Below are positions 1-10,296 of a stretch of DNA of 64,000 bases, piece by piece. Source of the DNA: Phycisphaerales bacterium. GTDB taxonomy: Bacteria; Planctomycetota; Phycisphaerae; SM23-33; FEN-1343. Location of the stretch: assembly GCA_003171335.1 (NCBI GenBank), contig PMYD01000101.1, positions 6,952-70,951 of the forward strand. The letters are read 5' to 3'. The notes below the pieces were generated by a model. That model saw only the letters and a program-made list of their open reading frames with translations. It was not told where the DNA came from and searched no databases. The first letter of the stretch is position 1, and each line of letters starts with the position of its first letter. The position numbers and the translations under genes are program-made.

Positions 1-1029
1 CTGGTGAAGGATGAGGTGACGCCCGATCAGATCGCCGCCATCGTGGCCAAGTGGACGGGCATTCCGGTGGATAAGCTCCTGGAAGGCGAGCGCGACAAGC
101 TGCTGAAGATGGAAGAGCGGCTGCGCCAGCGCATCGTGGGCCAGGATGACGCCCTGCGGGCCGTCAGCGACGCTGTGCGGCGCAGCCGCGCAGCCCTGGG
201 CGACCCGCGGCGGCCCATCGGCAGTTTCCTCTTCCTTGGACCCACCGGCGTGGGCAAGACCGAGCTGTGCAAGGCCCTGGCCGAGCTGCTGTTTGAGTCC
301 GAGGACGCCATGGTCCGCATCGACATGAGCGAGTTCATGGAGCCGCACTCGGTGGCTCGGCTGATCGGCGCCCCGCCCGGGTACGTGGGCTACGAAGAGG
401 GCGGCCGGCTGACGGAGGCGGTCCGCCGCCGGCCGTATTGCGTGGTGCTTTTTGATGAAATCGAGAAGGCCCACCGCGATGTGTTCAACGTGCTGCTCCA
501 GGTGCTCGATGATGGCCGGCTGACCGATGGCCAGGGCCGCACGGTGAGCTTCAAGAACACGATTATTGTGATGACCTCGAATATCGCCTCCGCCGTCATC
601 CGCGAGCTGGGCGAGAGCAAAGCCGAGGAATGGGAAATCGAGGCGCGGCTGCAGGATGCGTTAAAGCAGCAGTTCCGCCCGGAGTTCCTGAACCGGATCG
701 ACGAGATCATCATCTTCCACACCTTGAGCAAGGCGGACCTGGAAGGCATCGTGAAGATCCAGCTTCGCCAGCTCAAGGCGCGGCTGGCGGAGCGGCAGAT
801 CGAGCTGGAGGTGACCCAGGCGGCCCGCGATCTGCTGGCCGAGCAGGGCTACGACCCGACGTTCGGCGCCCGGCCGCTCAAGCGCGTTATCCAGCAGCAA
901 CTGGAGAACCCGCTGGCCAGGGACATCCTGGCCGGGAAGATCACCGAGCACAGCCGCGTGGCGGTGGGCGTGCGTGGCAAGAGTTTCACGTTCGACGTGC
1001 AGCCGGCCGACGTGGCCCAGGCGGTTTAG
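1..1029 (+). CDS. clpB: ClpB chaperone, C-terminal AAA+ D2 domain (5' end lies outside the window)
   Basis: The ORF is open from the window edge. It carries a Walker A motif ([10 protein letters not shown]), the sensor/arginine region and the ClpB C-terminal D2-small domain. Confidence 0.9.
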   Translation: MVKDEVTPDQIAAIVAKWTGIPVDKLLEGERDKLLKMEERLRQRIVGQDDALRAVSDAVRRSRAALGDPRRPIGSFLFLGPTGVGKTELCKALAELLFESEDAMVRIDMSEFMEPHSVARLIGAPPGYVGYEEGGRLTEAVRRRPYCVVLFDEIEKAHRDVFNVLLQVLDDGRLTDGQGRTVSFKNTIIVMTSNIASAVIRELGESKAEEWEIEARLQDALKQQFRPEFLNRIDEIIIFHTLSKADLEGIVKIQLRQLKARLAERQIELEVTQAARDLLAEQGYDPTFGARPLKRVIQQQLENPLARDILAGKITEHSRVAVGVRGKSFTFDVQPADVAQAV

Positions 1030-1098
1030 ACTGGAAGGCGGTCGCACGCGGGCCGGCCGGCTCGCGCGGCGGCGGAAACTCGCCGGGACAGAGGTGCT

Positions 1099-1752
1099 TT
1101 ACCGGCGGCGCCGCAACGTGACCAGGCCCAGCACCAGTAATGCCGCGGTGGCAGGCTCTGGCGTGGAGTAGGTATCGATCACGAGTTCATCAAGAAGAAT
1201 GTTGCCGCCGATCTTCAGCGTTTCGCTGCCGGGGCTGGGCCAGATGTCTATTTCGAAGGTGCTATGGTACCATCCGGTCGCCAGCAGGGGCAGCGGGTCG
1301 GTCTGGGCGAAAGACGTGCCTATGGAGAAGCCCTCGACGGGCGTGCTGGCCGTCAGCGCGGGAAAGCCGCCTGTCAGCGAGGGCAGCCAGGTCATCTGCA
1401 CCCACAGGCGCTTCTCGGGCCGGGGGGTGGGATCATCGATGACGGGCACCGTAATGTAGCCCCCGTTGGTAAGATCCCAGATACCATTGGAGTTGGCATC
1501 AGTGGCCAGCCACGGGGTGTCCAGCGATGGGGCCGGATGAATGGTTGCAGGCAGCCAAGCGTATATGTTCTTTCCGCCATCGGGCGATGGATTCAGGTCG
1601 CTGCTGGAGAACTCCCACATTTGGTAGGTGTTGTCGGCGTGCTCCGGGTAGTACCACGGTGGGCGATTGACATCATCAGCGCGCACGAAGCCTGGGAATA
1701 AGGCGATCAGGGCTGCAAGCATAATGGAAGCACAACATGCGAGCCTGGTCAC
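1099..1752 (-). CDS. Secreted protein with a PEP-CTERM sorting signal
   Basis: It has an N-terminal signal peptide. The C-terminus reads PEPATAALLVLGLVTLRRRR, i.e. PEP motif, TM helix and Arg cluster. Confidence 0.7.
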   Translation of the reverse strand: MTRLACCASIMLAALIALFPGFVRADDVNRPPWYYPEHADNTYQMWEFSSSDLNPSPDGGKNIYAWLPATIHPAPSLDTPWLATDANSNGIWDLTNGGYITVPVIDDPTPRPEKRLWVQMTWLPSLTGGFPALTASTPVEGFSIGTSFAQTDPLPLLATGWYHSTFEIDIWPSPGSETLKIGGNILLDELVIDTYSTPEPATAALLVLGLVTLRRRR

Positions 1753-2121
1753 AGCGATTTACTCCTCCATACTGCACTCCGGGGCACGTGGCCTCGGGGT
1801 CTGTTCCACCCATCCCTGCCTTTGCTGCGCGGCGGCCGAAGCATGCGTGGGTCCATACGGGCACCGTGGCCGGCTTCGATGTATTGCAGTCTTGACTTTT
1901 CCTCCGGATCGCCGCAGAGCCAAACGAGCAAAATCGAGCAATTCCAGTATACACCTAAGTTTATAGGTGTCAAGGATTAACTTGTAATGCGTAAGTTGTT
2001 TACCTTAATGGGTTTGCCGCAGATAGTCCTGCGGCAATTCGTGCTGTTGGAGTTGAGATGGGCAAAAAGATCACCCAGGCCAACTGCGGAATTTCCGCAG
2101 TTGATTTGCGGCAGCGGGCCG

Positions 2122-2280
2122 CCACTTCATCTCCGAGATGAAGTGAATCTTTGCGTGTCTTCACCTCATCTCGGAGATGACGTGAATCTTTGCGTGCCTT
2201 CACTTCATCTCGGAGATGACGTGAATCTCTGCGGTAGCGGGCATTCACTTCTTGACGGTCAAGAAGTGAATCTTACTGGC
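2122..2280. repeat. Tandem array of four ~38-bp units, each a palindrome of type TTCACTTCATCTC-GG-AGATGAAGTGAA (the last unit is the variant TTCACTTCTTGAC-GG-TCAAGAAGTGAA)
   Basis: The repeats can be read directly from the sequence. They lie ~220 bp upstream of the lipoprotein gene at 2496, and the ORF that spans them is judged spurious. Confidence 0.8.
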
Positions 2281-2495
2281 CGGCCCACCGGATCGAAAGG
2301 CGGCGATTCGGGGTCGGTTCTTGTTTTGGAGCGTCGTTTGGCGCGATTCTTTGTTGTCTGGCGGAGCCTAATTCGAGACAATTGCGATAGATGGAAAGAG
2401 TTGGCCGCGCCCGCCGGACCTGCGGCCGCACGGAGGACGACGGCCGCAACTCAGGACCAGACGCACCGCAGTAGTGTGCCTCCAGAGGAGTTACG

Positions 2496-3233
2496 ATGAA
2501 ATCCGTGTCCCTTTTCCTGGCTTTGGCCCTCTGGGGCTGCCTGCTGGCAGGCTGCGGCCAGCCCAGCCGCGATCCTGCCAACCCGGCCCAGCAGGTGGTG
2601 ATGGATGCCGCCAGCCGCAACGGCGGCGCCAAGCAACTCATGGACATCTCCAGCATCAGCGGCACGGCCTTGGTGAAGGTGTACGATGCCAACGGCCAGA
2701 GCACCATTCGGGGCCAGCAGTTTACCGCCTATCCGCGCTGGGGCATCATCCAGGCCAGCGGCCGCGTGGGCGAGGGCTCTTGGCACGCGTATGTGATGTT
2801 GTCCAAAGTGGGCCTGGTCACCACCAGCCTGGACGCCAGCCTCACCAGCGCCCAGAAGCAGCAGATCGAAAATTACCTGCGGCTGATCCTCCACCGCCTG
2901 CGCGGGCCATTGAACCTGCTCGACGGCGGGGAGACACCGGGAGCCGTGACGACGGTTTTTGTAGCCAGCCGGGCCATGCGTCGTGTCGAAGCCACGGGCC
3001 GCGCCGAGCTGGCCAAGGCGTACTTTTTTGACGAGCGCTATCACGACCTGCGACTCATCACCGATGGCAAGGATACCCCGCCGGCCAGCGGCACCGTCAC
3101 CGTGTTGACCAACGAGCGGGTGGACGGGCTCCTGCTGCCGGTGGAGATGGAAGTGGTCGACGCCGGCCGGGACTGCCTCATCGGCACCCACACGCGGATG
3201 TCGGTGCAGCTCAAGGATGTGCGCGTGAAATGA
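2496..3233 (+). CDS. Hypothetical lipoprotein
   Basis: It has a signal peptide with an LAGC lipobox. A GGAG-like RBS lies upstream and the stop overlaps the next start (ATGA). Confidence 0.6.
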   Translation: MKSVSLFLALALWGCLLAGCGQPSRDPANPAQQVVMDAASRNGGAKQLMDISSISGTALVKVYDANGQSTIRGQQFTAYPRWGIIQASGRVGEGSWHAYVMLSKVGLVTTSLDASLTSAQKQQIENYLRLILHRLRGPLNLLDGGETPGAVTTVFVASRAMRRVEATGRAELAKAYFFDERYHDLRLITDGKDTPPASGTVTVLTNERVDGLLLPVEMEVVDAGRDCLIGTHTRMSVQLKDVRVK

Positions 3234-4030
3234 GCAGCCGCCACGCGGGCAGGAAGTTGCCCCGACGGCCGGAGCGCCGAGACGTGAGCAAGGACATCAC
3301 ATCCATTCTGAACGGCTGGGATTTCGAGCCCGGCAAGATCAGCGTCCGCAAGATCGTCGGCCTGGACAAGCAGCCTAAGATCCAGTTGCGGCTGGACCTG
3401 GGGCTGTTGCAGATGGAGGTGGTCGGCCGGCCCGACGGCCAGCGGCCGCACGGCTGCGAGAGCCTGCTGGACTACCACCGCCAGCGGCTGGAGGGCCGCC
3501 GGGATGCCGATGCCTTCGAGCTGTCGCCGCGCGAGTGCGAGGGCCTGCGGGCCGAGGCGATGATGTACTACCACCGCTACCTGTGCGAGTTCGCTCTGGA
3601 GGAATACGACGCGGTCCTCCGCGACGCGCAGCGCAACCTCGATGTGCTGGAGCTGTGCCGCCGGCACGCCCGCACCGATGCCGACCGCGTGGCCATGGAG
3701 CAGTACCAGCCCTATATCCTCATGATGCACACCCGCGCCAAGGCCATGAGCGCGTTGAAAAACGACGACTTTGCCGCCGCCCGCCACGCCGTGCAGGAGG
3801 GGTTGGCGCGGATGCGCAGCTTCGGCGAGGAGGTCAGCCAACTCGAGGCGATCGAGAACTCGCCGGAGGTGGCCGTGCTGCGCTCGCTGCTGGAGGAGAT
3901 CGACCAGCGCGAGCCTTTAGACCCGATCCGGGCCATCGAGGCCTCCCTCGCCCAGGCGCTGGCCGATGAACGCTATGAAGATGCAGCCAAAATCCGCGAT
4001 CAACTGCGGCTGCTGCGGGGCGGGAAGTGA
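3230..4030 (+). CDS. Hypothetical protein with a C-terminal UVR (UvrB/UvrC-like) motif
   Basis: It is translationally coupled to the lipoprotein gene. The C-terminus reads ERYEDAAKIRDQLRLL, which is typical of the UVR domain. Confidence 0.55.
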   Translation: MSSRHAGRKLPRRPERRDVSKDITSILNGWDFEPGKISVRKIVGLDKQPKIQLRLDLGLLQMEVVGRPDGQRPHGCESLLDYHRQRLEGRRDADAFELSPRECEGLRAEAMMYYHRYLCEFALEEYDAVLRDAQRNLDVLELCRRHARTDADRVAMEQYQPYILMMHTRAKAMSALKNDDFAAARHAVQEGLARMRSFGEEVSQLEAIENSPEVAVLRSLLEEIDQREPLDPIRAIEASLAQALADERYEDAAKIRDQLRLLRGGK

Positions 4031-4147
4031 ACCATCGGTGATTATTGATTTGCGATTGAAGAGGATCAGCCCCTGATCAATTCGTTCCGCTGTCAGGATC
4101 CGGAACCGGTGACTATGGCACATCGTTTCTCTTCCTGCTATCATGCC

Positions 4148-4252
4148 ACCGGTACGCTAGGGGCGCCCATGAGGGCTGAGACGGCCGGCGGCCGGTACCC
4201 TTGGAACCTGATCAGCAACCCGGAACGGGGCTGCGTAGGGAAGCGACCGAAT
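4148..4252 (+). promoter_or_regulatory. TPP riboswitch (THI element) aptamer
   Basis: The conserved THI-box elements are present in order: GGGGCGCCC, GGCUGAGA, a P3 hairpin, UACCC, GAACCUGAUC and GCGUAGGGAA. Confidence 0.85.
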
Positions 4253-4296
4253 GTGACACGTTGCCCGCCGGCCATGCGGCCGGCGGCGAGTTGGAA

Positions 4297-4330
4297 AACG
4301 CCGGCCCCGAGACCGGCGTTTTTGCTTTTG
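4297..4330 (+). terminator. Intrinsic terminator serving as the riboswitch expression platform
   Basis: The stem ACGCCGG/CCGGCGT is followed by UUUUUGCUUUU. It lies 45 nt downstream of the aptamer and 40 nt upstream of the GNAT start. Confidence 0.6.
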
Positions 4331-4371
4331 AAGGCCGCTGCCGGCAGGCGTGAGGAAAGGGAGCCGACGCG

Positions 4372-4911
4372 ATGAGAATCGACGTGGTGCGTGAGCCCGA
4401 TGTGCCGCCGGCCATCGATGCGGCCATCATGCGCCTCCAGCAGCGGGCGTTCCCCAAGACCGAGTCCTTCGCCCGGTCGCGGTACTACACGCATACAGCG
4501 CGGCAGGGCGATTTTCGCGTGCTGGCGTGGCTGGACGAGGCGCCGGTGGGGCAGGTTGTGGTCATGTGGGCCAACGCTCGCGCGGGCGCGCAAAATCTCC
4601 GCCTGGCGGGGCTGGGCAATGTGTGCTCCGACCCCGATCATCGCAAGGAGCACGCGGCCTCGGCCTGCATCGAGCGGGCGCTGGAACTGGCCCGCCAGGA
4701 GGATGGCGATGGCGCGCTACTGTTTTGCGGGGCCAGCCTGGAAAAATTTTACGCCCGGTTCGGCTTTGAGATTGTGTCAAACGAGGTCTTCTTCACGCAC
4801 CCCGACGGCACCATCTTCCGCCGCAACCACCGTGACATCCGCATGGGCCTGATGCTGAAGGACCAGCCCTGGCCGGCGGGGGATCTGTATCTGGATACGG
4901 AAGACTTTTGA
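4372..4911 (+). CDS. GNAT family N-acetyltransferase
   Basis: The protein has the acetyl-CoA binding fold pattern (RLAGLGNV...HRKEHAASACIERALELA) and ends in FYARFGFE. Confidence 0.75.
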   Translation: MRIDVVREPDVPPAIDAAIMRLQQRAFPKTESFARSRYYTHTARQGDFRVLAWLDEAPVGQVVVMWANARAGAQNLRLAGLGNVCSDPDHRKEHAASACIERALELARQEDGDGALLFCGASLEKFYARFGFEIVSNEVFFTHPDGTIFRRNHRDIRMGLMLKDQPWPAGDLYLDTEDF

Positions 4912-4913
4912 GG

Positions 4914-5042
4914 GATTGCAAATTGCCAATTGCAAATTGCCAATTAAACGGCCGGAAGAACGCGCCGCTTGGAACGCGGGTCTTTCCCGCCGTTTCCGGC
5001 CGTTTCTTCAATTTGCAATTTGCAATTTGCAATTCGCAATCC
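4914..5042. repeat. ~130-bp hairpin element with heptad-repeat arms (ATTGCAA/ATTGCCA x4 opposite AATTTGC x4) and an inner GC-rich palindrome (AAACGGCCGGAA...TTCCGGCCGTTT)
   Basis: This is an inverted-repeat structure read directly from the sequence. A second family member lies at 34778-34889. Confidence 0.8.
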
Positions 5043-5083
5043 GAAGGGGCAAGACCTGGCTCGGCGGACCGGACCCCCATCAA

Positions 5084-5796
5084 ATGAAGATCTCCCACCC
5101 CATCGCGATCAAAACCCTCAGCCTGCTGGCGGCGTGGGTGCTGCGCCTGTGGCTGGGGACGCTGGAGTTCCGCTTCGCCCTGGATGATCCTGGCCTCAAC
5201 CCGGCACACCTGCGGCGGCGGGGGCTGTACATGTTCTGGCACGAGGCGCTGCTGATGCCCGCCTACACGCACAGCCACCGGGGCTTTACGATTCTTACGA
5301 GTACGCATCGCGATGGCGAACTGATCACGCAGATCGTCCGCATGCTGCGCGGCCGCGCCGTTCGCGGCTCCAGCACGCGCGGCGGTGCGGCGGCCGTCCT
5401 GGGTATGATGCGCCGAGCCCGGACGCAGCACCTGGCCATCACGCCGGATGGCCCGCGCGGGCCGCGAAGGCAGATGCAGGCCGGCGCGATTTACCTGGCC
5501 AGCCGCGGGCGACTGCCGCTCATCCCGCTGGGCATCTCGGTCGCAAGAGCCTGGCGGGTAAGAAGCTGGGACCGCACGATTTTGCCGCGGCCGGGCAGCG
5601 AGTGCTGCTATGTGCTGGGCCGGGCCATCGAGGTGCCGCACGAGGCCGACCGCCAGGAGCTGGAGCGATACCGCCAGCTCGCCCAGCAGGCCCTGGATGA
5701 TGCGCAGGAGCGGGCCGAGCGGCTGGCCGCCGGGCAGGGATCCGAGCCGCGACTGTGGACGTTAGCCCAAGTGAACGCTCCGGCAGGAGAGAAGTC

Positions 5797-5800
<4 letters not shown>
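5084..5800 (+). CDS. DUF374 / lysophospholipid-acyltransferase-like protein
   Basis: The protein matches the DUF374 pattern ([31 protein letters not shown]...ITPDGPRGP). Its stop overlaps the thiC start. Confidence 0.6.
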
Positions 5801-7131
<1,331 letters not shown>

Positions 7132-7266
7132 CCGGACGGGGGGTTGCGTGGGCCTGCAATGGAGGGGTACAACCTAGAAATCGGGGTGCCGGCGGCGGAG
7201 CGCTTGTTCCTGGCGCGGCCGCGCGGCACATCGTTGGAGTGTCGGGCAAAGCGAAAGGGATTGCCG

Positions 7267-8298
7267 ATGTCGCCAGCGCGGAGACACGCGGTCTGCTTTG
7301 TGGGCGTTGTAGCCATCCTCTCATCTATGATCCTGCCGGGGCGGCCTTGTGCGGCCGCTGGGGTCGCCGGCATGGACCTGCCGACGGGGGACCTGGATTG
7401 GGCGCTGCGGGATATTATCGATGAGGCGTTCGCACCGGTGCAGTCCACCTCCGACAGCATGCTCGAATTGGCCAAGACAGCCCTGGCGGAAGTTCCCAGC
7501 CTGGCGGCGGCCACAGGCGAGGCCTCGCCCCAGGAAAGCGCCCCCTTCGGCCTGGAGTACACCCCCTGGCGGGAGCGGCGGGGGCCGGCGTATCCCGATG
7601 ACAAGTGGCGCAGCGTGGGCCGCGATTTGCAGGAGTTGCCCGAAACGCTCTGGGATGACACGAAGCACGCCTTCACCGATCCCATCGTACTGGGCGGTTT
7701 CGGCGTGGCCGCGGTGGCCGGCGTGGTGCTGAATCTGCACGTCGACGCCACCATCGCCAGCCGCACGGAGCACGGCAAGCCGCATTTGGAACGGTGGGAG
7801 GACCACCTGGCCAACGACTGGCTGGGCAACCCGGCCGACCATTTCCCCTTGGCGGCGGGGCTCTACACCATCGGGTTGGTCACCGAGGACACCAAGCTGT
7901 ACGAGACCTCCAAGGCCCTGTTCAACGCGCTGACCATCAACGGCGTGACCAACCTGGCGGCCAAGTACGCCGTCAACAATCACAGCCCCGATGGCCACAG
8001 TTACGCCTGGCCCAGCGGCCACACCTCCTCCAGCTTCACCTTCGCCACGGTGCTGGCCGAGTCGTACGGGCCCTGCGTGGGCGTGCCGGCCCTGGCCTTC
8101 GCCACGTTTGTGGGCTACGAGCGTATCGACTCCCGTCGCCACCAGTTCAGCGATGTGATCAGCGGCATGATCATGGGCATCGTCGTGGGGCACAGCGTCG
8201 CCCAGAACCACATGACGCGGATCATGGGCATGGAGGTCGAGCCGACGGTCAGCCCCGAAACGCAGAGCGTGGGCGTTTCGCTGGTCAAGCGGTGGTAA
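7267..8298 (+). CDS. PAP2-superfamily phosphatase, membrane or secreted
   Basis: It has an N-terminal hydrophobic segment. The PAP2 signature motifs PSGH and SRRHQFSD (SRxxxxxHxxxD) are present. Confidence 0.7.
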   Translation: MSPARRHAVCFVGVVAILSSMILPGRPCAAAGVAGMDLPTGDLDWALRDIIDEAFAPVQSTSDSMLELAKTALAEVPSLAAATGEASPQESAPFGLEYTPWRERRGPAYPDDKWRSVGRDLQELPETLWDDTKHAFTDPIVLGGFGVAAVAGVVLNLHVDATIASRTEHGKPHLERWEDHLANDWLGNPADHFPLAAGLYTIGLVTEDTKLYETSKALFNALTINGVTNLAAKYAVNNHSPDGHSYAWPSGHTSSSFTFATVLAESYGPCVGVPALAFATFVGYERIDSRRHQFSDVISGMIMGIVVGHSVAQNHMTRIMGMEVEPTVSPETQSVGVSLVKRW

Positions 8299-8302
8299 GC
8301 GC

Positions 8303-8509
8303 GTGAGTGACTATCGAATCCAGCGTGTGGTTCGCAAGCTGACGGTGGCCCAGGCCGAGCAGGCCGACCGCGAGTTCTGGCGCCGGCAGACGCCCATTGC
8401 CAGGATCGAGGCCGCAACGCTGCTCTGGAATCTCTATTACGGACTGGACGATGAAACTACCCCCCGACCTCCGAGAGTTCTTACAGTTACTCGGCGAAAA
8501 CTCAGTTGA
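8303..8509 (+). CDS. Small hypothetical protein (68 aa, GTG start)
   Basis: The ORF lies directly after the PAP2 stop. It overlaps the next gene in another frame, and its coding status is uncertain. Confidence 0.25.
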   Translation: MSDYRIQRVVRKLTVAQAEQADREFWRRQTPIARIEAATLLWNLYYGLDDETTPRPPRVLTVTRRKLS

Positions 8510-8894
8510 GTACGCCATCGTAGGCGGGTGGGCCGTCTCGCGCCATGGCTACCCCCGATTTACGGGCGACTTGGATATCCTCGTCCGTCCGACAGCGCAA
8601 AACGCTCGCCGCTTGATTGCCGCTTTGGCCGCATTCGGGTTCGCATCCGTCGGCTTAACGGAAACGGATTTTACGAACCCGGGGGTCGTGGTTCAGCTCG
8701 GCGTGCCGCCTGCACGCATTGATCTAATAACCTCGCTGACTGGCGTAAGCACAGACCAGGTATTTGAGCATTGCGTGCAGGACAAGGACGAGGAGCAGGA
8801 AACCCGGCTGTTCTTCATCAGCAAAGAAGACCTGATCGCCAACAAACGTGCCACGGGCCGCCCCCAAGACTTGGCGGACCTCGATCACTTGTGA
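8451..8894 (+). CDS. Putative minimal nucleotidyltransferase-fold protein
   Basis: It has a GG...GDLDILV motif resembling hG[GS]-x-DhD of the Pol-beta nucleotidyltransferase fold. It is a ~148 aa standalone protein. Confidence 0.4.
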   Translation: MKLPPDLREFLQLLGENSVEYAIVGGWAVSRHGYPRFTGDLDILVRPTAQNARRLIAALAAFGFASVGLTETDFTNPGVVVQLGVPPARIDLITSLTGVSTDQVFEHCVQDKDEEQETRLFFISKEDLIANKRATGRPQDLADLDHL

Positions 8895-8943
8895 TTTGAA
8901 AGGTGCTTCGCGGCGCACCAGAGGCAATGCCTTGACGAAGAAA

Positions 8944-8988
8944 CCGATTAACGGATCAACCGATTAACGAATTAACGATTTAACGGAC
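8944..8988. repeat. Tandem TTAACG-containing repeats (CCGATTAACGGAT...CGATTAACGAATTAACGATTTAACGG) immediately upstream of the GH27 gene
   Basis: The repeats can be read directly. The 13-mer CCGATTAACGGAT recurs at 63868-63880. Confidence 0.6.
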
Positions 8989-9000
8989 CAACCACCCCCC

Positions 9001-10290
9001 ATGAGTAACCGCCATATTGCCCCCACGCCTCCTTTGGGCTGGAACAGTTACGACAGCTACGGCTGCGCCATCAACGAGCAGGAATTCCGCGCCACGGTCG
9101 ATGTCATGGCCGAAAAGCTGCTGCCGGCCGGGTATCGCTACGCCTGCATCGACGGCATGTGGGCCTTCGAGCCCGAGGCCATGGGGCCGACCATGTGGAA
9201 GCCCGAGGCGCAGCCGCACATGGATGCGTACGGCCGGCTGGTCCCTTCGCCGCGGCGATTCCCCTCGGCCAAGGAAGGCTCCTTCGCCCCGCTGGCGGAC
9301 TATGTGCACAGCAAGGGCCTGAAGTTCGGCATCCACGTGATGCGCGGGGTGCCGCGCAAGGCCGTCGATCGCCGCCTGCCTGTGCTGGGCACGCGTTTCA
9401 CCACCGAGGACATCGCCGACAAAAACAGCACCTCCGACTGGGACAACACCATGTACGGCCTGAACACGCGCCACGCCGGCGCGCAGGCGTGCTACGACTC
9501 CATCCTGGCCCTGTACGCCCAGTGGGGCGTGGATTTCATCAAGGCCGACGACATGGGCACGCCCTACGCGGCGGCGGAGATCGAGCTTTTCGCCAGCGCC
9601 GTGGAGCGATGCGGCCGACCGATCGTGCTGAGCCTGTCCCCCGGCGTGTGGCTGGATGACATCCTGCGCGCCTGGCCGCACGTGGCCCAGCACTGCCAGA
9701 TGTGGCGGATCACCGCGGACATGTGGGATAGCTGGCCGTGCATCAAGCAGCTCTTCCCGCTGTGCGCCGCCTGGTCCGGCGCCATCGGCGAAAACTCCTG
9801 GCCGGATGCGGACATGCTGCCCTACGGCCGGCTGAGCCTCAAATCGGCCAAGACGCCCGGCGGGCGGCCCACGCGGCTGACGAACGATGAGATTCGCAGC
9901 CATTTCAGCCTGCTGTGCATGTGCCGCAGCCCGCTCCTGATGGGCGGCGACCTGCTGAGCCTGGATGACTTCACGCTGTCGGTGCTGACGGATGCGGAGG
10001 TCCTGGCGGTCAATCAGCACAGCCGGCAAAACCGCATGGTGTTCAGCAACGTCAGCGGGCTGGAGGGCTGGACGGCCCGCATGGACGATGGCGACGTCGT
10101 CGTGGCCTTCTTCAACATGGCCGACACGCCGCAGGAATACACGTCGAAACTGCGCTGGCTGCGGATCGAAGAGGGCCATTACGCCGTGCGCGACCTGTGG
10201 GAGAAGAAAGACCTGCCGCCGATCGAGGAGAGGATTTCAGGGATGTTGGCGCCGCACGCGTGCGTGATGTGTCGATTGAAGAAGATTTAA
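9001..10290 (+). CDS. Glycoside hydrolase family 27-like (alpha-galactosidase/alpha-N-acetylgalactosaminidase-like)
   Basis: The protein reads TPPLGWNSYD near the N-terminus and WGVDFIKAD in the catalytic region, and has the TIM-barrel pattern of GH27. Confidence 0.7.
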   Translation: MSNRHIAPTPPLGWNSYDSYGCAINEQEFRATVDVMAEKLLPAGYRYACIDGMWAFEPEAMGPTMWKPEAQPHMDAYGRLVPSPRRFPSAKEGSFAPLADYVHSKGLKFGIHVMRGVPRKAVDRRLPVLGTRFTTEDIADKNSTSDWDNTMYGLNTRHAGAQACYDSILALYAQWGVDFIKADDMGTPYAAAEIELFASAVERCGRPIVLSLSPGVWLDDILRAWPHVAQHCQMWRITADMWDSWPCIKQLFPLCAAWSGAIGENSWPDADMLPYGRLSLKSAKTPGGRPTRLTNDEIRSHFSLLCMCRSPLLMGGDLLSLDDFTLSVLTDAEVLAVNQHSRQNRMVFSNVSGLEGWTARMDDGDVVVAFFNMADTPQEYTSKLRWLRIEEGHYAVRDLWEKKDLPPIEERISGMLAPHACVMCRLKKI

Positions 10291-10296
10291 CTGCTC

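Noticed and set aside
2122-2280. A possible CRISPR array
   Set aside because: There are only about four units, with no spacers of constant length and unique sequence. The units are themselves palindromic operators and no cas genes lie nearby.
1987-2499. A 170-aa ORF that spans the tandem palindromic repeats
   Set aside because: Its protein sequence merely reflects the DNA repeats (LHLRDEVNLC x3). It has no RBS and sits in an AT-richer intergenic region, so I judge it non-coding.
4031-4371. SRP RNA, 6S RNA or another housekeeping ncRNA in this spacer
   Set aside because: The conserved blocks match the TPP riboswitch (CUGAGA, ACCUGAUC, GCGUAGGGAA), not SRP domain IV.
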